Source: Octopus vulgaris (taxonomy: Eukaryota). Taken from it: 64,000 nucleotides of DNA. The position numbers and the translations under genes are program-made. Every line of letters begins with the position of its first letter. Position 1 is the stretch's first letter. The notes under the pieces are model-generated. The model saw nothing but the letters and a program-made list of their open reading frames with translations. It was not told where the DNA came from and did not search any database. Below are positions 53,849 to 64,000 of this stretch, in pieces. The stretch covers positions 172,422,001 to 172,486,000 of the forward strand of contig OX597815.1 in the NCBI GenBank assembly GCA_951406725.2. The letters are read 5' to 3'.

Positions 53849-54797
53849 AATATTATCACTGTCATTGTCATATACATACGTGTGTGTGTGTGCATAGATA
53901 TTTGTGTATCATACTTAATACAAATATATTACACAAAGCCCAATTTCCTACTGTATTCATCCAGACATAGTATTTATTATTTGTGCACTGTGTTAAATAA
54001 CACAAATATATCAGGAGCAGGTGAAAATTATCCAGTATTTCTGCCCATTTTGGGACTAAAATAGCCATCTGTGTATCATACTTACTGTAAATACATTAGA
54101 AGACGCCAAATTAACTATATTTCTTTGGAGATAGTATCTCTTATGAATGTGTTGTGTATAAAAACACAAATATATCAGTAGCTGTGGGAATGAGAGTGCA
54201 TGTGGAGTAAGTCCAAGAATGGAGACAATGATATTTCATTTACCTTCATTGTTCTCAGCCATGTCTATATACATGATGTTTTATCTGTCATCTGTATGTT
54301 GTTGTAAAAACTAACACTTCCTTTTTCCAAGCTGAGATTCGAAACCGAATCTAAGGATTCTCACTCATCTGATCCACCACTGGCCATACAGGTGTGAAAG
54401 AAATTTCTTTGTTGAGTCAAGTACATCAACATCAAAATAAAAATCAAATGGAAATTGTAGTTGTGATACCTGTGCTGGTGGTACGTAAAAAGCACCATCC
54501 GAATGTGGCCGATGCCAGCGCCACCTTGACTGGCTTCCGTGCCATTGGCATGTAAAAGGCACCAACTTATCATGGCCGTTGCCAGCCTCCCCTGGCACAT
54601 AAAAAGCACATAAATGGCTGGCATTAGGAAGGGCATCTAGCTGTAGAAACACTGCCAGATCAGACTGGAGCCTGGTGCAGCCTCCTGGCTTCCCAGACCC
54701 TAGTTAAACCGTCCAACCCATGCTAGCATGGAAAACGGACGTTAAACAATGGTGATGATAATGATGATGGTGATGATGATGATGATGATGATGATGA

Positions 54798-55157
54798 TGT
54801 CAAAAAGTGATGGATGGTTTTTCCCTGCGGCCTATGGCTGCAGCCATGTCATTTAGAGTTTAAGTGGACAGGAGCCGACCTACATAGGTAGGAATTTCTC
54901 CTGTGGTATGTCTGTCCTTCTGGCTGTCATGACCATTATAAATGCAGCAATCCATCAAGGGACAGCAGGGAAAGAGAGATAGCCAAAAGCGAGACAGCCA
55001 GCAAGTAAATTTGCCAGCTAAGCAGGCAACACAGAGACAGATATTCAGCAAGAAAGACCCAACACAGTAGCAGATGCAGAACATAAACAGACACCACTGA
55101 CTGACCAACGCACACACAGACACGAAACATGTCCGATTCTACCCTATCATATCGACA
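54798..55157. mobile_element. Possible solo LTR
   Basis: 360-bp GC-richer segment bounded by TGTC...GACA with an internal TATAAAT at ~54937; no clear TSD. Confidence 0.35.
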
Positions 55158-55521
55158 CAGTATTTTCCCTGTTAATTTATTCTTCACCAGCTCAAAGTAA
55201 GTTAGTAATGTGATGTACTGAAATATTTGATATATACAACAAGTAAATGCAAGTGTCATTTAAATATATTATTTAAACTACAATCCACTGTTTTCCTATT
55301 GTTTTACTTTGACATCATCCACATGCCTATTTCATCTGCTACCTTTCCTACTACATTGTTGAAACAATTCTAAACCATGGAATAAATGCTATACTTAGGG
55401 CTCTATCTACAGCTATTTCTAGATGTTAAAGTCACAAAATTTTGATCAAGCAATGAAACTTAACTATGGCTTCTATAACTGCATGGCTAAAATAATTAAA
55501 ACACTTTAATCAAATAATTAC

Positions 55522-55725
55522 CTGCGTTTTCCCATCATCTTTTCTGAGCAAATATAATTTCTCTAAGAATTCTGATATTGAAGGTGAAGGTTTCTTAGTA
55601 TCTTCAGCAAATGACTTTTCTACTTTATTCTGTTTTTCAATGTTAGGAAATGTAACAGTTAGTGGCTCTTTGAGAATGTCAGAAAGTAATAATTTAGCTG
55701 AGTATATCCATTTGTCACAGTCCAG
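55522..55725 (-). CDS. Gene B exon
   Basis: Acceptor ctattttttag, donor gtaatt; LDCDKWIYSAKLLLSDILKEPLTVTFPNIEKQNKVEKSFAEDTKKPSPSISEFLEKLYLLRKDDGKTQ; 204 nt, phase 0 to 0. Confidence 0.85.
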
Positions 55726-56340
55726 CTAAAAAATAGATCATATATAACATAAAAATATCAATAAAAGAAGCTCTAATATTTCACTATATTCCATACTATA
55801 CTATCTATTTAACCATAACCTATACTATATCACTAACAGCATTTAGAGAAACTCTTTTTGAGATATTATATTTAAGAAAATCAAAGATCATATTTTCTTC
55901 AGATAAAATTCAACATCAGAATAATTTCTGAAAATACAGTTTTAAATATCTTGTGAAAATGAGAAACATAAGCAATATCCACATGTTTATGTAAAATAAC
56001 TTATAGATATAGGAAAGTGTAAAAGCTTGTCGTAAAGACAAGGAATTGACAGTTATTAGGTGGCAAATTTGCAGAATTATAAGAGCATCAAATAGAATGC
56101 CTTGCACATTTGTTCCAACTTTCCAAGTTCAAATCACACTCAAGTCAACTGTACCTTTTTCCCTTCAGGGTCTATAAAAAAAGTATCAACTTAAGGCAAT
56201 TGATTGTAGGAGCTGTAAGAATATCAAGTCCAGTGCTTTGCTGCATCATTCTAGATTTTTGCACCCTGAGTTTTATTTCCCCACAAGGGATGGGAGACTT
56301 CATACTTAATCTGAGGCTCAACTGAATACCACTACATGGT

Positions 56341-56545
56341 ATCCATCCATCCGTCCGTCCGTCCATTCGTCCGTCCGTCTGTCCGTCCATCCATTCGTCC
56401 GTCCGTCCGTCCGTCCATCCATCCATCCATCCATCCATCCATCCATCCATGTATGTATGTATGTATGTATGTATGTATGTATGTATGTATGTATGTATGT
56501 ATGTATGTATGTATGTATGTATGTATGTATGTATGTATGTATGTA
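56341..56545. repeat. Compound (CCAT)/(CCGT)/(TATG)n microsatellite
   Basis: Direct inspection. Confidence 0.97.
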
Positions 56546-56737
56546 TCTATATGCATGTGTATTTTTCTGCATGCATATATGTTTGCCTTCAGTGCCAAAA
56601 GGTAATGCTGCCAAAAAAACCATGGCCAAAACAGGTTCAAATTCCAGTCAGCCATGCCCACTAATCTTATTTTATCTTGGATCGTCCTTCTAGTAACAAA
56701 TATTTAATGTTTTACTCAGGAAATTTCTTCCTCTTAC

Positions 56738-56810
56738 CTTCATCTGCTCTGTTTCAAAACCATCATCAGTTTCATCTATGGAAAGTTGCCTTGTCAAATT
56801 CCCATATAGT
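56738..56810 (-). CDS. Gene B exon
   Basis: Acceptor tag, donor gtaaga; (K)LYGNLTRQLSIDETDDGFETEQMK; phase 2 to 0. Confidence 0.75.
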
Positions 56811-56918
56811 CTATAATTTTCAAGATTAATACTTAGCATTGATCCTAATGTGAACAATAGTTTACATACTTCTTTTGGCCAAAGATTTCTGGGGTAAATT
56901 ATAATTAAAAGTAAACAT

Positions 56919-57316
56919 AGGCGCAGGAGTGGCTGTGTGGTAAGTAGCTTGTTTACCAACCACATGGTTCTGGGTTCAGTCCCACCACGTGGAACCTTGG
57001 GCAAGTGTCTTCTACTATAGCCTCCGGCCGACCAAAGCCTTGTGAGTGGATTTGGTAGACGGAAACTGAAAGAAGCCCGTTGTATATATGTATATATATA
57101 TGTTTATGTGTCTGTGTTTGTCCCCCTAGCATTGCTTGACAACCGATGCTGGTGTGTTTATGTCCCCATTAATTAGCAGTTCAGCAAAAGAGACTGATAG
57201 AATAAGTACTGGGCTTACAAAAGAATAAGTCCCGGGGTCGAGTTGCTCGACTAAAGGCGGTGCTCCAGCATGGCCGCAGTCAAATGACTGAAACAAGTAA
57301 AAGAGTAAAAGAGAGA
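56919..57316 (+). mobile_element. SINE family A, young full-length copy
   Basis: Very similar to 1136-1535. Confidence 0.92.
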
Positions 57317-57599
57317 GTATGCATTAAGAAAAGCCTTCACAATCTAAAACTTTTTAGCCATAAACAAAATTATTACTAAAAACAAGACATTAGTAAAATA
57401 TTTACCAAAATTATCTGGAAAGTTAATTTCCATGTTTCAACCAAGCATTTTTGTCACAAATTGTATCCTTTATCATTATCTTTTACTTATTTCAGTCATT
57501 AGACTGTTGCCATACTACAACAAGGGTCGGGTCAAACAAAATGACCCCAGTACTTGCAAAATTCCAGTTTCCTTTGGGTACCCCTTGTATATATAATTG

Positions 57600-58026
57600 T
57601 CACTAAATGTGACTAAGGCTTTAAAAACATCGACATTGCAAGAAATAAGAGCTAAAATGCTCCAATGCTGCCATCAAAGTACATAACTGTACACATATAT
57701 ATATACTAACAGGGAGTGTAATCATCCAAAAACACATTAGTGATTTGCTAAATCACCCATAGATTTCTATGATGAAAACATATATACTGATAGAGAATTA
57801 AGTCTGGTAACTGCCAGAGTTGAGCCAGTCCTTACTGATAAGGAAACAGAAATTGCCAAAACTGACTATAAGGAGTATAAGGATTTCTTGAAAGGTGTTT
57901 TTGGACGATTACAGTTCCAATCAGTATATATGTATACAATTATGTGCTTTGACTACAACATTAAAGTATTTTAGCTCTTATTTCTAGCAATGTAAGTGTT
58001 TCTAACACCTTAGTCACATTTAGTGA
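57600..58026. repeat. Diverged inverted repeat (~112-bp arms), probable PLE relic
   Basis: tcactaaatgtgactaagg...gaaataagagctaaaat (57600-57715) is reverse-complementary to attttagctcttatttc...ccttagtcacatttagtga (57915-58026). Confidence 0.8.
57830..57873 (+). ncRNA. Decayed hammerhead-like motif between inverted repeats
   Basis: CCUUA CUGAUAA GGAAA CAGAAA UUGCC AAAA CUGAC UA UAAGG; stem I intact, G8 and G12 read as A. Confidence 0.4.
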
Positions 58027-58635
58027 TTTTGGCTGTATTCCCTAAAGTTTTACCTTATTTTCTCACAACTGAGAAACAAATTTTAATTATTAAATTCAGT
58101 TTTTTGTTTTGCTATCCATTCCACTTATCCATTCCATACACAGAATAAACTATTCACTACATCATTTTTAACTGAATGTCTAAAGCTTTCCATGTATATC
58201 TGTAATCATATTTCCTTATCTTAAAAAGGTGATTATTTTTTAAACTTACCTTTAAAGGCCTTTTGTTCTCATCTTTAATAAACTCACATAACATTCAGCT
58301 AACATTTAACTGTTTCTAATGTAATCCATTTTCTGTAAACCAGCTCTAAATACTTAGAAAGTTATCAGTACAGACCACTGGACATAAACTTTTCATTAAA
58401 TGACACAGAGCAACCTTATATGGGCTCAGAAGAGATGGATTGAGACAAGTGCCCCGAGTGGAGGACAAGAGATATTTGAGCAACAACTAGTAGTTGGCAG
58501 TGTTTGGAGTAATAACAAAAGATCTTTAAAAAATGGGAAGAGTGATGTTGAAGCAGCATGACTGGAAACTTTCACTATTATTGATTATATGATCAAAGGA
58601 ACCAAAATGAGAAACAAAACAATATATATATAGAG

Positions 58636-58937
58636 AGAGGTGCAATGGCCCAGTGGTTAGGGCAATGGACTCACAGTCGTAGGATAATGGTTTCAATTCC
58701 CAAACCGGGCATTGTGAGTGTTTATTGAGTGAAAACACCTAAAGCTGCACGAGGCACCGGCAGGGGGGGGGGCGATCCCTGCTGTACTGATTCACTGCAA
58801 CTTTCTTCTGTTGGCCTGCTCGCTTAGCCAGTGGGGTGGTGTCATTTGAAGGCTAAAACAATGCGAAGCACATTGTGACCAGCGATGCGTAGCAACATCT
58901 GATAGCCTGGTGGGTCACATGATCACATGGTCACGTG

Positions 58938-58938
<1 letters not shown>
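58636..58938 (+). mobile_element. tRNA-derived SINE (distinct family)
   Basis: aatggcccagtggttagggc...ggtttcaattccc head; ends in a (gtcacatg)-type tandem tail and (TA)n. Confidence 0.7.
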
Positions 58939-58973
<35 letters not shown>

Positions 58974-59110
58974 ATATATATAAAATATATACAATTATAA
59001 GCACATCATCATATAACGTACTTTTTTCCATGCTGGCATAGGTTATATAATATATATACATATACACGTGTGTGTGTGTATGTATGTATGCATATGTATG
59101 TATGTATGTA

Positions 59111-59156
<46 letters not shown>

Positions 59157-59271
59157 TACAACTATCAAAAACACCTGTTTACGTTTTACTTTTGTAATAT
59201 AACAAAACTATACAGAGTTATGTAAAGAATAATTTACAAACAAATTTGGGATAATATAAAAAGTAACTTAC

Positions 59272-59334
59272 TTCAAAGAATGGGGAGCATCTCTTGGAAA
59301 GTCCTTTGATATTTCACGTATGTCAGTTATATCT
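59272..59334 (-). CDS. Gene B exon
   Basis: Long pyrimidine tract then tag acceptor, donor gtaagt; (R)DITDIREISKDFPRDAPHSL(K); phase 2 to 2. Confidence 0.75.
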
Positions 59335-59639
59335 CTAATGTATTCGGGGGAAAACGAAGAAAAACAAGAAAAGTAAGTGAGATGTTTTTGAGTAGGGATC
59401 AATGGTTTTATGATAACATAAAAGTTGAGTAAAAGTAAAGTTTATAAAGCAAGGAGCTAAAAATAAAAGTGGGAGACATTGATACAGTAGCAATATAGTT
59501 AGATATGTTGGGGTCTGGCTTGACTCTGCCTGAGATTTGAAACCAAAATCCACCAGCTTACTGCTTGTCAAAATGAGCAGAAAATCCTCCACACTAGACA
59601 ATTGATGAGGAAACACTCCACCCACTAGGACCTGTACTG

Positions 59640-60098
59640 GTTCTTTTGCCAGTTCTTGTGTGGTTTTATGTGGATCTTTCTCAATGACAGTTTTTAATTG
59701 ACTTCTTCGATGACAGATGGGTGTCCACTATACTCATGATCTTCAAGGCTCAGGTCTCCACTGTAAAATTGTTTAAACCACTTTTGAACTGATCACTCAC
59801 TGGTCATTTCCTCACCAAATGTTTTGTTGATATTGCAAGCAATTTCAGCTGCTGTACATCCTTTTTTGAAGTTGAATAGCAAAATTGCTCAAATATCATA
59901 CTTTGACAGTTCCATTTCAGATAACTGTAACAACAGTGAAAAAAATATCAATGTTAATTTATTGATGCATTTGGGCAAGTCTATGTCTGTATTATCAGAC
60001 AATTGCAAAAGAATATTTTAAAAAATTCAAAACTCTACAAAAATCTGGTACAAATTCTTCATGGTTTGAAACATTGCTTACTTTTTACTCAACCCAGT
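59640..60098 (-). mobile_element. Mariner transposon 5' fragment
   Basis: From ATG at 59915: MELSKYDI*AILLFNFKKGCTAAEIACNINKTFGEEMTSE*SVQKWFKQFYSGDLSLEDHEYSGHPS, a mariner HTH N-terminus; TIR-like ctgggttgagtaaaaagtaa at ~60078-60097. Confidence 0.85.
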
Positions 60099-60543
60099 TA
60101 GCTCAAAAGTTAGCAAAACAAATAATTAAGTTGATACTTGAAAAAACATAGGAAGAATCTCTCCCAAAGCTCTCAAGTTAGAAAACAGAAATAGAAAACC
60201 ACAATATAGGTACATCAGTTCAGTCCTTTTTTAATGTTGATGCTTCCAGGTTCACAAGGAGCAGATAGCAAGAAATAGAAAAGCAATGTCACACGTATGT
60301 CCTATAAAAAGCTGGCACAAGGGAATTGAACAGCAACATCAACTATGTCTTAGTGCTGGTGTTGTCAAACATTCCATGACTAGACACTAGTCTACTGAGG
60401 AAAAGTAAACAAAGGTCTATGAATTGCAAACAAAAGAGATCGTCTTTTGCAATGTTCTCTTCAGAATAACCATGAAAATACCCTTCAATCAAATAGACAA
60501 TTATATCAGCTGAATTTTCAGAACATGTTAGATCTAACAGTAC

Positions 60544-60588
60544 CTTGGAGGCGAAATAATAAAACGCTTCAGAAGGAATCTTAAGAAG
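60544..60588 (-). CDS. Gene B small exon
   Basis: Acceptor tttattttatcag, weaker donor gtactg; (S)FLRFLLKRFIISPP(R); phase 2 to 2, open in the required frame. Confidence 0.6.
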
Positions 60589-61114
60589 CTGATAAAATAA
60601 ATTCAAAGATGTGGATATATATTTTAACAGAAAAGAAAATATTTTCTTTTACTTGTTTCAATCATTTTTTTCTTTTTGTGGTCATGCTGGGGCACCACCT
60701 TCAAGGGTTTTAGTTGAACAAATCAACCCCAGGGCTTATATTTTAAAGTTTGATGCTTATTCTATCAGTCTCTTTTACTGAACTGGGGGATGTAAACACA
60801 CCAACATCAGCACTGAAGTGTAGTTGATGTTGCTATTCAATTCCCTTGCGCTTGCTCTTTCTCTTTGTGCGTGTGTGTGTGTACATGCGTGCCTGCTTGC
60901 ATGTGTGCATGCATGTGTGGAAGCCTGAATAGAGTGTCTTATGTGTGACGTTGCTCTTCTATTTATATCCGTGATAAAAATAAATTATAAGAACGTTGAC
61001 ATTGACATGCATTTCTGCTTACAGTTATCAAATGTCTTGATGCACAGATTAATATTAAGTTCTGTCACTCAGTCAACACAACCAAATATTTTGTTCGAGT
61101 ATATCAGCAAACAA

Positions 61115-61248
61115 CCTGTGTGGTTAGAAGTTTGCTTCTCAACCACATGGTCCCAGGTTCAGTCCCACTGTGTGACACCTTGGGCAAGTGTCTTCTACTA
61201 TAAGCCTTGTGAGTGGATTTGGTAGACAGAAACTGAAAGAAGCTCATC

Positions 61249-61314
<66 letters not shown>

Positions 61315-61529
61315 ATCTTTGTGTCAGTGTGTGTGTCCCACTACTGCTTGACAACCAGTGTTGGTGTGTTTACATCCCCAATTCAGCAAAAGAGACTGAT
61401 GGAGTAAGTATCAAGCTTTAAAAATACAAGTCCTGGGGTTGATTTGTTTGACTAAAACCCTTCAAGGTGGTGCTCCAGCATGGCCACAATTAAAAATAAC
61501 TGAAACAAGTAGAAGGAAAGATAAAAGAT
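61115..61529 (+). mobile_element. SINE family A
   Basis: Head, microsatellite and tail. Confidence 0.85.
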
Positions 61530-61736
61530 GAAGAGTTCCAATTAGTAGTGAAGGTATTAACTGTAATGAAGCATGCTGATGCATTTTAAAATTTCCAATT
61601 GACATCTTGCCATCCACCAAGAACATGTTTACTTGGAAAATGAACAGAACCTACTTTACTAAAAGAATGGTTTAGAACACACATTCACTCTCAGAAATAC
61701 AACTTTGTATTCTTCAACTTTTAGCCAAGAAGATAC

Positions 61737-61773
61737 CTTTGGATATACAATATTTTATTTTGAAGCTTCACCT
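61737..61773 (-). CDS. Gene B small exon (acceptor uncertain: 61771, 61773 or 61781)
   Basis: Donor gtatct; VKLQNKILYIQ(S); spliced to the next exon it gives the IQ-like motif IQSFLRFLLKR. Confidence 0.5.
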
Positions 61774-62094
61774 CTATAAAGCTTGAGTAAAAACAAATAG
61801 AGTTGGAGAAAATTAAATGGCTCTGTAAATGGCCATCTTGACATTTTTAAATATGAAATCTTCATAAGTGCCTACTCTATTTGTCCAGTCCTGTAGATGT
61901 TTTTGACATCATATTTGTTTCATGATGTTACAGGCTTAACATCCTTCAGGGATTTGCAAAAGAAAAAAAATTCCAGAACATCTGTGCACCATATACAGAA
62001 AGAAATATTTCAAGCAAAGGTTTCTTGAAAATTATATATAATGGAAGGATATTAAGATAAAAGCCAACCAATCTCTGAAATCTGATAGCCATTT

Positions 62095-62125
<31 letters not shown>

Positions 62126-62334
62126 AGATCTGATCAAAATGTATAGGACTGTTGCTATGGTGACAGAGCTCAAATATACTGATTGACATTGAACTCTATC
62201 TCTAAGCTATGACATTCTCCCTCACATCCATTATTCATAGCAGCGCTTGGAAGTAAAGTGTGTAAAGTTTGGTCATCTCAAATAGAAGATCAGATTTCAG
62301 GTGCACAAGATCTCGATTCTTTTAGTCTTCTAAT

Positions 62335-62560
62335 CTTTTACTTGTTCAGTCATTTGACTGCAGCCATGCTGGAGCTACTGCCTTAAAGGGATTTTTAGTC
62401 AAAGAAATCAACCCCAGGACTTATTCTTTATAAGCTTAGTACTTATTCAATCAGTCTCTTTTTGCTGAACTGCTAAGTTATGGGGATGTAAACACACTAA
62501 CATTGGTTGCCAAGCGATGAGGGAGAGGACAAATGCAGACACAAAACTACACACATAAAT

Positions 62561-62585
<25 letters not shown>
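62335..62585 (-). mobile_element. SINE family A, 3' half
   Basis: Reverse-complement tail and body. Confidence 0.8.
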
Positions 62586-62592
<7 letters not shown>

Positions 62593-63203
62593 TCTTTTCT
62601 ACTCTAGGCAAAAGGCCCAATGTCAACTTTTCCATACTTGCATAGTTAAGGCAAAGGGTAAAGAGCCCCCCGTCAGTCATAAATGACCATGGGATTGCAC
62701 TTAGAAAGTTACCTTCTGAGGTACAAGTCCAAGCAAGGTTGTTTATGGAAGAACAGCAGCTTCCCCTCTCCACTCCATCAATCTTATCCAAGGGAAAGGG
62801 AAAGACTGTTACAGCTTGGCACCAGTCATGTCACAATTCATTTCTACAGTTGAGTGAACTGAAGCAATGTGAAATAAAGTGTCTTGCTCAAGAGGACAAC
62901 ACACAACTCAGTCCAGCAATTGAACTCGCTATTTCATGATTGTGAGCCCAATGTTCTAACCACAGCACCATGCACCTTCACAGACAAAATGAAGCATATT
63001 ATCTACAACCAGATGCCCTTCCAGTTGCCAACCCCTTCTTTTCAAGCAAGGTAATATTTTCTGTAGTCTTTCAAACATGAACACTGCAATGGAAGATTGT
63101 GAAAATAGGATGTCAGTGTTATTTTTATTTTTACGTAATTTAAGTGACTGGCATGGGTGTATATTGCATATATATGTTTATATATATATATATATATAAA
63201 TGC

Positions 63204-63240
<37 letters not shown>

Positions 63241-63243
<3 letters not shown>

Positions 63244-64000
63244 TGGCGAAAATAGATTTAAGACCGATGATAAAAGTTCTATTTCTTACAAAATATTTTG
63301 TTACTAACACTATACAAATTATTTTTATCTTTTACACCTTATGCAGAATTTATTTCTCTTTCGAATGATGCAAACAATAACTATTTTTTATATAACTTGA
63401 AGAATTCTAATGCTAAATTAATAGAAATGTTTCAAATTTACTGGCAAAATTAGTTTAAGACCATGTAATATGTATGCAAATTTGTTTTGCCAAAATGGGT
63501 GGTCACACAACTAGCCTAACTGCACTACATAGTGTTATAATTTAACGTTATTATACAATTGATTAATAATGGGAAAACAATGTAGCCTTAGTCCAGTTAC
63601 AAGAGCAACAGTCATATTACTCCATTCGCAAAAAGTTTCCTTTTCAAATATCAGCAAGCAACTAAAGTGCAGTAAAACAGCTTGCATGCAAGCATGGAAG
63701 TTATACTCGGAGACTGGTCAATATAAACATTGGCAAAGGACTGGCGCCCCAAGAAAAACGACGGCACAGTTGGACCATCGAATCCACTGACTTTTGGAAG
63801 GCAACCGAATGTTGACAGCCGTTGACATTTGTAAACAATTGTCCAACAAGAATAGTGTTATTTTTACACCATGAACCGTCTGCAACCATTTGAGAGAATT
63901 TGGACTACATGGACGAATCGCTTGGAAAAAGCCAATAATATTCGAACGAAATCAACTCAAACACCTTAATTTCACAAAAAGCCATGCTCAATGGACTGCT
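63241..64000 (+). mobile_element. Tc1-like transposon 5' part with an IR/DR-type end; pseudogenised transposase
   Basis: MGKQCSLSPVTRATVILLHSQ...RTGAPRKTT...TVCNHLREFGLHGRIAWKKP with two in-frame stops; terminal motif actggcgaaaatagatttaagacc (63242) recurs at 63440. Confidence 0.85.

Noticed and set aside
58250-58345. 96-nt minus-strand segment with AG and a strong gtaagt donor
   Set aside because: Contains a stop in the frame required by the flanking exons; at most a poison exon, untestable here
60343-60606. 87-aa minus ORF
   Set aside because: Only 60544-60588 fits gene B, and in a different frame; the rest lacks support

Overview
AT-rich, repeat-dense eukaryotic DNA. The SINE families, microsatellite load and intron sizes point to a cephalopod, probably Octopus (inferred from repeat content, not proven). 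Two multi-exon genes converge tail-to-tail and both are 5'-incomplete here. (1) A + strand gene has 8 frame-consistent GT-AG exons (1765-31819). It encodes a WD40-like beta-propeller of the ARHGEF10/ARHGEF17/JIP3/LRRK type, with a ~600-aa low-complexity insert in a single 2-kb exon. (2) A - strand gene has 8 exons (61773 down to 33301). It encodes an unrecognised protein with an IQ-like motif, a 9-aa repeat tract and a C-terminal coiled coil. The introns hold several tRNA-derived SINE families, RTE/BovB and R4/Dong-like LINE fragments, Tc1/mariner relics, TTAA MITEs, a non-autonomous Helitron and Penelope-like relics. Signals largely missed by the ORF track include a histone H4 pseudogene with an internal 84-bp duplication and several hammerhead-ribozyme-like motifs, two of them inside inverted repeats. 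There is also a ~245-bp near-perfect foldback hairpin and a three-arm repeat arrangement around a 672-nt symmetric exon (circRNA candidate). Tandem ~65-nt hairpin/pseudoknot arrays and a possible nested antisense gene are also present. Most short ORFs in the track are repeat or microsatellite artefacts.
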